The position numbers and the translations under genes are program-made. From contig JBBSWE010000185.1 in NCBI GenBank assembly GCA_038046445.1, positions 1 through 34,525 of the forward strand: DNA of 34,525 bases, read 5' to 3'. This document shows positions 26,503 through 32,756 of the stretch, piece after piece. The notes beneath the pieces were generated by a model. The model did not search any database and was not told the DNA's origin. It worked only from the letters and a program-made list of their open reading frames with translations. Every line of letters begins with the position of its first letter. The stretch's first letter is position 1. The DNA comes from Nanobdellota archaeon. Its GTDB lineage: Archaea > Nanobdellota > Nanobdellia > Woesearchaeales > GW2011-AR9.

Positions 26503-27426
26503 TTATCTTTTCTTCTTAGGCAATCCTCTATTAACTTCCTTGCTAGATATTTCACTGGAAAACTTATCTTCAAACTTAGTTAAAACATCCATCCTAAGAA
26601 TATAAGTATCAGCATGTTGAGCATAAGCAATCCAACCTTCCATAAAATCATAGAGTTCATCGTAATCTATTTGCTTATTTTCAAAAAGACTTATGTTTTC
26701 CTTAAGCGTTCTTTGAAATTTCCGACGGTTTCTCCTTTTGATTAATCGGTAATGTGAAAATACCTTGAATCCCAGAAAGTCAACGCCATTCTCTAAGGAA
26801 ATAATTCTTGACTTATCTGGATGCAGTTCTAAAGCAAGATGTTCGTAAAGAAAAGAATCAATCTTGTTTTTCCATTCTTCCAAAAGAATTTTAGATGGAT
26901 GTAATATCACAAAATCATCCACATAACGCAGATAATACTTTGCTTTCAATTGGTGTTTAACAAATTGATCTAACTCATTAAGATAGACATTAGCAAAGAA
27001 TTGACTGGTTAAATTACCTAAAGGCATTCCCTTTTCAGAAGAATGATTTTTAAGAATCTTCTTAATCAACCAAACTATTCTTGCATCTTTAATCTTAGAT
27101 TTAAGTATCTTAAGCAAGGTGTCATGATTTACAGTTTCAAAATAATGCCGGATATCTGCTTTCAAGACGTAAGCGGGAAAAGCATAGTTTTTGGTTATCT
27201 CTTTAGAAAAATGTTCAAATCGTTTTATGGCTTTAAAGGCTCCTTTACCAATGCGGTTTGCATAAGAATCGCAAATAAAGCTTTTCTCAAACAGGGGTTC
27301 GATAACGTTGCATAAAGCATGATGAATAACTCGGTCTCGAAAATGAGCTTTGCTAATCTTCCGAGTTTTAGGGTCACGAAGAATGAAAGTCTCTAATGGA
27401 CGTGGCTGATAAGAATGAAATAATAA
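26503..27426 (-). pseudogene. DGR-type reverse transcriptase, C-terminal 307 codons (separated from its N-terminus by an IS insertion)
   Basis: 'FRDRVIHHAL', 'ADIRHYFETVNH', 'GMPLGNLTSQFFANVYLNELD' (the DGR-typical (I/L)GxxxSQ motif) and 'YLRYVDDFVIL' (YxDD). The frame is open from the IS boundary at 27426 to the stop at 26503. Confidence 0.85.
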
Positions 27427-27442
27427 TTGCTGTGTTGCATAA
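27427..27442. repeat. IS left terminal inverted repeat
   Basis: TTGCTGTGTTGCATAA. An exact reverse complement lies at 28600-28615. Confidence 0.85.
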
Positions 27443-27446
27443 ATAA

Positions 27447-27575
27447 TCAATCGTTCACAATAATTACATAGGCTCTTTTGCCTATGTACTTTTTTGGTGC
27501 ATCCAGTTTTCCAGAGTTCCCAAATTGAGTGATTACTTTTTCATACACTACATTGACCTTTTCTTTAATGATCAT
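27447..27575 (-). CDS. small IS-encoded protein, AbrB/SpoVT-like (reminiscent of the archaeal DUF2080 transposon-associated family)
   Basis: A 42-aa ORF not in the track: MIIKEKVNVVYEKVITQFGNSGKLDAPKKYIGKRAYVIIVND. 'aggag' lies just upstream of the ATG. The 'FGNSG...PKK.IGK...V' pattern is recalled from memory. Confidence 0.45.
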   Translation of the reverse strand: MIIKEKVNVVYEKVITQFGNSGKLDAPKKYIGKRAYVIIVND

Positions 27576-27661
27576 GTCTCCTGATAATAATTTAATTTGT
27601 CTCATGGATTTAGGATATCCATGGATATATTTAAATATTTGTATACTCTAGTATATAGATT

Positions 27662-28582
27662 ATGGCAAAAAACAAAAGATGGGGAGACACATACATAGAC
27701 CGGCGTAATTGGCCAGTTTATAGCGAACAGCTTGTAAAGCGAGGAGAATATCTCCTCGATACTGATTTTGTATCCAATTGGGATAAAGAGCTTTCCAACA
27801 TGAATGCTGGAAAGCACGGAGCACCTTACCAATTTCCAAATACGCTTATCGAACTACAAGCAGTTTGGCATGCGAAAATGATACCTTGTCGCATGATTGA
27901 AGGAATTACTAGGAAATTGGCAGACCTTGAGAAGGTTCCCAATTTCAACGATTTTTCTACAATTAATCGACGTATAAACAAGCTATCCTGTCAGCTAGCA
28001 ATTCCTGCGTCAGACAACTTAACCCTATTTAGTGATGGTACAAGTTTGCAAGCAGTAGAAGGTGGAGAATACCTTCGTGAAAAATACGGAAAAAAGAATC
28101 GTCGTTGGATTCAAGTTGTAATCCTCGGCGATCCTAAAAGCAAAGAACCAGTAAGTTATGAAGTGAATCTAATTCAAGATTCTGAATTGGCTTCAACAAA
28201 AAGACAGCTTGTTGAATTGAAAAAAAATAAGATAAACATTGTAGCTGTTGGTGGAGATGGTTCTTATGATGAAATCGCTTTCTGGAACCAACTGGTTTAT
28301 AATCGGATTGAACCGATTATAAAACCAGATAGAAATGCAATAATCCCTTCTGGAAGTAGAGAAAGAGACAAAAATACAGAAGAACGGAATGTACTTGGTT
28401 ATGATCTTTGGGCAAGAGAACATGGATATGGGTATCGTTGGCCAGCAACGGAAGGGATATTTAGCGCAGTAAAACGTATATTTGGAGAAGAAGTTCATGC
28501 TAAGACCGAGTTAGGTATGCTTCAAGAAGCCAAAATTAAGTTTTGGGCGTATCAAAAGATTAAACTTTATGGAGAAGCATAG
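27662..28582 (+). CDS. DDE transposase, IS5-family-like
   Basis: 306 aa. N-terminal 'NWPVYSEQLVKRGEYLL' resembles the IS5-group 'NW.aYNeaL..RGsl' motif. Candidate DDE triad in 'LFSDGTS', 'VGGDGSYD' and 'YGYRWPATEGIFSAVKRIFG' (YREK-like). Confidence 0.8.
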   Translation: MAKNKRWGDTYIDRRNWPVYSEQLVKRGEYLLDTDFVSNWDKELSNMNAGKHGAPYQFPNTLIELQAVWHAKMIPCRMIEGITRKLADLEKVPNFNDFSTINRRINKLSCQLAIPASDNLTLFSDGTSLQAVEGGEYLREKYGKKNRRWIQVVILGDPKSKEPVSYEVNLIQDSELASTKRQLVELKKNKINIVAVGGDGSYDEIAFWNQLVYNRIEPIIKPDRNAIIPSGSRERDKNTEERNVLGYDLWAREHGYGYRWPATEGIFSAVKRIFGEEVHAKTELGMLQEAKIKFWAYQKIKLYGEA

Positions 28583-28599
28583 CGGAAGCTATGCTTCAA

Positions 28600-28615
28600 T
28601 TATGCAACACAGCAA
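28600..28615. repeat. IS right terminal inverted repeat
   Basis: TTATGCAACACAGCAA, the exact reverse complement of 27427-27442. Confidence 0.85.
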
Positions 28616-28769
28616 ATAATAATTCTGTTCTTAACAAAAATAGATTATCAAACAAGTGGTCTTCAAATTCAATCACATACAACTTTAAGGTTTTATGTTT
28701 TCTTGCTCTTTTGAAAGCCAGTTCTAAATTCTTCTTGGAGCAAAGCTGCTCCCACAGGTCATCAGTCAA
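28616..28769 (-). pseudogene. DGR-type reverse transcriptase, N-terminal fragment
   Basis: '(L/M)TDDLWEQLCSKKNLELAFKRARKHKTLKLYVIEFEDHLFDNLFLLRTELLF' is a typical DGR-RT N-terminus. The possible start is the TTG at 28769, since there is no in-frame ATG. The frame is also open upstream through the TR to 28889. It continues in phase with 27426 once the IS and one TSD copy are removed. Confidence 0.75.
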
Positions 28770-28793
28770 AATGAAAGTCTCAGCACGCTGGGC

Positions 28794-28885
28794 TATTCCA
28801 CGGACGCGGTTATTGTTATTGATGTTACGATCATTCGCGTTGAAATTGGAATTGTTGTTGAAATTATTCAGCCACGAAGCCCGCC
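28794..28885 (-). repeat. DGR template repeat (TR)
   Basis: Ungapped 92-bp match to 29294-29385. On the minus strand it is AAY-rich (..NNFNNNSNFNANDRNINNNN..). 17 of its 31 adenines differ in the VR. It lies immediately upstream of the RT. Confidence 0.85.
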
Positions 28886-29070
28886 TCACGAATAGCTCTT
28901 ATTGCTTTGGAAGTGCTCTCTTCCATCACACACCATGGCTTCATTTCTGTCGCCATTGTAATTTATCAAACTGGAACTTGTTCAATTTGAAGGTTTCATA
29001 ACCGAGTCGCCTCAGCCCTAGCAAAAGAGCGTGTAGTCCAGCCTACTCCATACGAAGCTGCTGAGACAAC

Positions 29071-29099
29071 TAAAAGAAGAAAAAAGAAGTATAAAAAGT
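29071..29099 (-). terminator. oligo-T tract after the DGR target gene
   Basis: The minus strand reads 'actttttatacttcttttttcttctttt' directly after the stop at 29100-29102. Confidence 0.35.
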
Positions 29100-29966
29100 T
29101 TACTGAGCTTTTCCAGCCAAATATCTGGTTAAAATACATGACAAACCGGCAGCAGTTTTATCATCTAAAGCACTTACTGCAGCATCAGGACTACCTAAGA
29201 TTCTAGCGTAACAATTGCCCAAAGTCATTTCCTGTGGAGCTATTGGAACACTTGGAGTCTCGGACGCGTCGCCTGCGGCGACTACCTCACGACGTACCCC
29301 ACGGACGCGGGAATCGTAATAGATAGTACGAACAACCGCGTTGAAACAGGAATAGTAGTTGAAATAATACAGCCACGAAGCCCGCCCAATAGCGTCTTTC
29401 TTGGCATTAGCCTTAACATAATCTGGAGCTAAAACGTAAATTTTAGTTTCAGCAATTCTCTGCGGAGAAGTTCTCAATTTAGCCATATTAGCATCATAAT
29501 CTGCTTCAGTTGGTCCGAATACTCTCTTCAATAATTTTTGCTGTTCAGGATTGTAATCTCCGATATCTTTGGAAGTATCAACAGCCAAATAACGCCATTC
29601 TTTCTCTTTACCAGATAATTCTAATTTGGTTAAGTCAATAGTGACGGTATCATTTGCAGCTTTTACAGCAGCAAAATCTTCGGGAGTAACAAAATAATTT
29701 TCTTGAGTGGTTAATTGTATGAAAGCATCATCTATATTATTTAAAACTGGATTAACAGCTTTTCTAGTAATTCTTAAAGTAGGAGTTCCGTTATACATAG
29801 AATAAACTTCTCCATCAGCAGTGTAGAACCATAGGTCTCTTAAACTTGCGTCGTCTCGGCGTTCTCGCATTAATTCGTCAACGTGTTTTAAAGTGCCAGG
29901 AACTGCTTGCTTGTAAGCATCTCTTAAATTTCCATCAATATTCTCAATTTTTTGTTCTAAAGCCAT
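29100..29966 (-). CDS. DGR variable (target) protein; no signal peptide; VR encodes residues about 195-224
   Basis: 288-aa ORF with GGAGG (29973-29977, minus strand) 6 nt upstream of the ATG. It contains the VR 'GRASWLYYFNYYSCFNAVVRTIYYDSRVRG', which resembles a minimal C-type-lectin-fold VR. No other domain recognised. Confidence 0.8.
   Translation of the reverse strand: MALEQKIENIDGNLRDAYKQAVPGTLKHVDELMRERRDDASLRDLWFYTADGEVYSMYNGTPTLRITRKAVNPVLNNIDDAFIQLTTQENYFVTPEDFAAVKAANDTVTIDLTKLELSGKEKEWRYLAVDTSKDIGDYNPEQQKLLKRVFGPTEADYDANMAKLRTSPQRIAETKIYVLAPDYVKANAKKDAIGRASWLYYFNYYSCFNAVVRTIYYDSRVRGVRREVVAAGDASETPSVPIAPQEMTLGNCYARILGSPDAAVSALDDKTAAGLSCILTRYLAGKAQ
29267..29281 (-). promoter_or_regulatory. 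GC-rich hairpin just 3' of the VR (candidate DGR homing-associated stem-loop)
   Basis: GTCGCC-tgc-GGCGAC, a 6-bp perfect GC-rich stem with a 3-nt loop, 13 nt downstream (coding sense) of the VR/TR homology boundary. It is absent at the equivalent TR position. Confidence 0.5.
29294..29385 (-). repeat. DGR variable repeat (VR)
   Basis: See the TR entry. Mismatches to the TR are confined to TR-adenine positions except one (29324). The 3' end shares an invariant GC-rich block, CCGCGTCCGTGG on the minus strand. Confidence 0.85.
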
Positions 29967-30248
29967 GTTGTGCCTCCGTAAATATAAGTTTTAAGGGTAA
30001 AATAGACTTTAACTTATAAATCTTTCGGTTATTTAATCACTGCGAAGTAACAAACCAATTTTTCGCTCATGTCCTATGAGACATAAAAATCAACAAAGAT
30101 TGATTTTTAATTCGAAAAACGGGGTGAAGTGCGGCCCATTCGTTTGACAAGGAAGAAATCCTTCGCAAGATAGAAACCTTGGCTTGAAGTTTTCCACAGC
30201 TATCTGAGCCACGAAAAGATTAAATACTGATTTCTTCTTTTACCGCTT

Positions 30249-30986
30249 ATGACCCGCTTTATTGCTTTAGTTTCTGGAAAAGGGGGAGTAGGAAAGACTA
30301 CCACTACCTTGAATTTGGGACACGCCTTGCACAAGATGGGCCGTTCTACCCTCCTTCTGGATGCTAACTTGGCCACTCCCAACTTAGGACTGCAGTTAGG
30401 ACTGCTGAATCCAAAGGGTACCTTAAATAAATTTCTGTGCAAAGAAAAAGGTATCGGGATGCAAGATATTATGTATAAACATGAAAGTGGAATCACTTTA
30501 ATTCCCTCTTCTCTTAATTTTATGGACTTTCAGAAAACTAATCCTCAGAAATTAACCGAGATATTTGAACATTTAGATAACCTAAGCGAATTTGTATTGG
30601 TGGATGCGCCCAGCGGTTTAGGATACGACTTAAATCAAATCCTTAAAAACACTGATGAGGTCTTGGTGATAGTGCAACCCACACTAAGTTCAGTAATGGA
30701 TGCTTTAAAAACAATTCAATTAGCCCAGGCACATAATAATACCATAGGTGGAATCATCTTAAACATGGTCCATTTTCGCGGTTGGAATGAAATGAAGAAA
30801 GAGGAGATAGAAAATATTTTGGGGTTTCCGATTTTAGCTAATATAAAATATGACAAAAAGTTCCGCAAGTCCTTATTAGAACAAGCACCCGTACATTACC
30901 TCTTTCCTCGTTCTAATATTGCTAAAGAGTATCGTAAAGTGGCTCGACATCTTTGTTTAATGTCGGACGTGGAGAGAGAAACATGA
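30249..30986 (+). CDS. minD: MinD/ParA-family P-loop ATPase
   Basis: 245 aa. Deviant Walker A 'SGKGGVGKTTTTLNLG' and Walker B-like 'FVLVDAPSG'. Confidence 0.85.
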   Translation: MTRFIALVSGKGGVGKTTTTLNLGHALHKMGRSTLLLDANLATPNLGLQLGLLNPKGTLNKFLCKEKGIGMQDIMYKHESGITLIPSSLNFMDFQKTNPQKLTEIFEHLDNLSEFVLVDAPSGLGYDLNQILKNTDEVLVIVQPTLSSVMDALKTIQLAQAHNNTIGGIILNMVHFRGWNEMKKEEIENILGFPILANIKYDKKFRKSLLEQAPVHYLFPRSNIAKEYRKVARHLCLMSDVERET

Positions 30987-31459
30987 GCCGGGAGCGGCTG
31001 CTGAGGAAAGGCTGGCCGGAAGCGGAAGTAAGAAGAGTAGAGGCGGCATTAAAAGGTTCCGAAAAGGAAAACATTTTTTTCTCCCGAATTGCTTTCTGGA
31101 CGGCACTAATCGTGATAGTTATTGCTAATCTGATTGTTTCTTTAGTTTTAATCCCCTTTCTAGTTTTCTTGAAGAGTTGGGCCCTTTATTCCATAGTAGC
31201 CGTATTAGGAATACTGGTCGGTTTCGTATATAATTTTTTAATTACAGACATCCAACACTTAAGGTGGCATCACCATCTGTTGGGAGGAATAATCTTGCCT
31301 ATCATCGCTTTGGTCAATATGATTATAGTAGTTTTAGTCTCTAATCGTTACGTAGAAAAGTCTCTTTTAACGCAGGATAACAGTCCCTGGTTGATTGGAG
31401 GAATTTTTGCTGTAGCTTTTATCTTGCCTGCGGCGATAGATTGGATTATTAGTAAATAA
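30983..31459 (+). CDS. polytopic membrane protein translationally coupled to minD
   Basis: ATG at 30983 overlaps the minD TGA (ATGA). 158 aa with a basic cytosolic N-terminus 'MSRERLLRKGWPEAEVRRVEAAL' and four predicted TMs. Confidence 0.55.
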   Translation: MSRERLLRKGWPEAEVRRVEAALKGSEKENIFFSRIAFWTALIVIVIANLIVSLVLIPFLVFLKSWALYSIVAVLGILVGFVYNFLITDIQHLRWHHHLLGGIILPIIALVNMIIVVLVSNRYVEKSLLTQDNSPWLIGGIFAVAFILPAAIDWIISK

Positions 31460-31460
31460 G

Positions 31461-32012
31461 ATGGTTTATGCAGTAGTAATTTTTCTACAAGGGAATAGGA
31501 AAATTGAAGATATTCGAAAAAAGTATGATCCACGATACAAAAATATTCCCGCGCATATCACCTTGGTTTTTCCTTTTTCCGAAGGAAATATCTCAAGGAT
31601 AAAACTAATTGACCATATTCAGAAAATAAGTAAAAAAACTAATCCCTTTTCAGTAAAAACGGGAGAAATCATCATTGCAAGTGACCACGCCTTATTATTA
31701 GTAGTAACAAAAGGAAAAAAAGAGATTACTAAGCTTCATGACCGGTTATATTCTGATTTTCTAAGTGAACAATTGAACCAAAAGTTCAAATATATACCTC
31801 ATATTACTTTGGGACTTTTTTCTAATCGAAAAGAAGCTCAAAAAATACAAAGAAAAATGGTTATTGAAAAGATTAAGTTTAAAGTAAAAAACATTAATCT
31901 CCTACAATTAAATACTAACAAACAATTTATTCAAACTGGAATTTCGAAAATAATCTGGTCAAAAGATATTTTTCTTAACTTCCCATCCCGATCAAGACAA
32001 TCCCTAAAATAA
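31461..32012 (+). CDS. 2H phosphoesterase superfamily protein (LigT-like 2'-5' RNA ligase / cyclic phosphodiesterase)
   Basis: 183 aa with two HxT motifs, 'AHITLVFPF' and 'PHITLGLF', at the expected spacing. Confidence 0.7.
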   Translation: MVYAVVIFLQGNRKIEDIRKKYDPRYKNIPAHITLVFPFSEGNISRIKLIDHIQKISKKTNPFSVKTGEIIIASDHALLLVVTKGKKEITKLHDRLYSDFLSEQLNQKFKYIPHITLGLFSNRKEAQKIQRKMVIEKIKFKVKNINLLQLNTNKQFIQTGISKIIWSKDIFLNFPSRSRQSLK

Positions 32013-32316
32013 TCCCTACTAAGACCAGATACTTCCATTTATTCATCTTCTCCTTAAGGAATTTTACTGAAAAAACTACCGTCCAGATATAAGAAGTAGA
32101 AACTAAGGGGTAAACTACACTCAACTGTTCCCTCTTTAAGGCTAGGATATAAAAAACAGAAGATAGCCCATATAAAAACAGCCCGCTCCAGAAAAGAGAA
32201 GAAAACAACATTTTCTTAAAAGCATATTTATCCGCTGCTTTCTTCAGCAATAATGCTCCAATTCCCCCAATAAAAGTAGCAATCAATACTAATAAAACTG
32301 CTAATAGATTGATCAT
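31975..32316 (-). CDS. EamA-like half-transporter (ArnE/ArnF-like, DMT superfamily)
   Basis: 113 aa, four TMs. ATGA-type overlap with the upstream partner gene. Confidence 0.55.
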   Translation of the reverse strand: MINLLAVLLVLIATFIGGIGALLLKKAADKYAFKKMLFSSLFWSGLFLYGLSSVFYILALKREQLSVVYPLVSTSYIWTVVFSVKFLKEKMNKWKYLVLVGIILGIVLIGMGS

Positions 32317-32717
32317 GCTGCCACCGTCTTTCCTTCCTGTTCCACTCCTATTTTCTCTTTTTTAGAACTTCCATACCCCAAAAGGCAAACCGAGAGGATA
32401 ATAATAATTACCCCTAACCATTTCCACCAATTCATCACATCAGAAAATAAATATAGAGATAACAAGATTACCCAGACATAACTCGCGGCAATAAAAGGAT
32501 AAACCAAGCTCAACTCTCCGTACTTAAAAGCTAGCAACATAAATATTGCCCCTAAGCCATAAGAAATAAACCCGAAAATAAAAGGAACATTGATCAGGGT
32601 CCATAAATTGGTGAATTCTATCTGAGCTAACCCCAATTTCCACAACACTTGCCCTACAGAAGTAAAAATGGTGCAAATAATTGCCAACCAGATTGCTTTG
32701 CGATTATTGTAAGCCAT
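32313..32717 (-). CDS. EamA-like half-transporter (ArnE/ArnF-like, DMT superfamily)
   Basis: 134 aa, four TMs. Paired with the downstream 113-aa gene. Confidence 0.55.
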   Translation of the reverse strand: MAYNNRKAIWLAIICTIFTSVGQVLWKLGLAQIEFTNLWTLINVPFIFGFISYGLGAIFMLLAFKYGELSLVYPFIAASYVWVILLSLYLFSDVMNWWKWLGVIIIILSVCLLGYGSSKKEKIGVEQEGKTVAA

Positions 32718-32756
32718 TTATTTTATCTAGACCTCTTTTGAATAAAATTTAACTAT

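Larger units (their letters stand above)
27427..28615 (+). mobile_element. IS element (IS5-family-like) inserted in the DGR RT gene
   Basis: Perfect 16-bp terminal inverted repeats: TTGCTGTGTTGCATAA (27427-27442) and its reverse complement (28600-28615). Direct 7-bp duplication ATAATAA at 27420-27426 and 28616-28622. Carries a DDE transposase ORF and a small divergent ORF. Confidence 0.85.

Noticed and set aside
28591-29001. 136-aa plus-strand ORF, and the Asn-rich N-terminus of the minus-strand ORF 28596-28889.
   Set aside because: The plus-strand ORF is an antisense shadow of the TR and the RT N-terminus. The Asn-rich stretch is the AAY-rich template repeat read in frame, not a low-complexity protein domain.
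30207-30215. The 9-mer AGCCACGAA is shared with the 5' end of the VR and TR, hinting at a second VR remnant.
   Set aside because: The match is only 9 nt with no flanking similarity, and such a match is plausible by chance in a 34.5-kb window searched on both strands.
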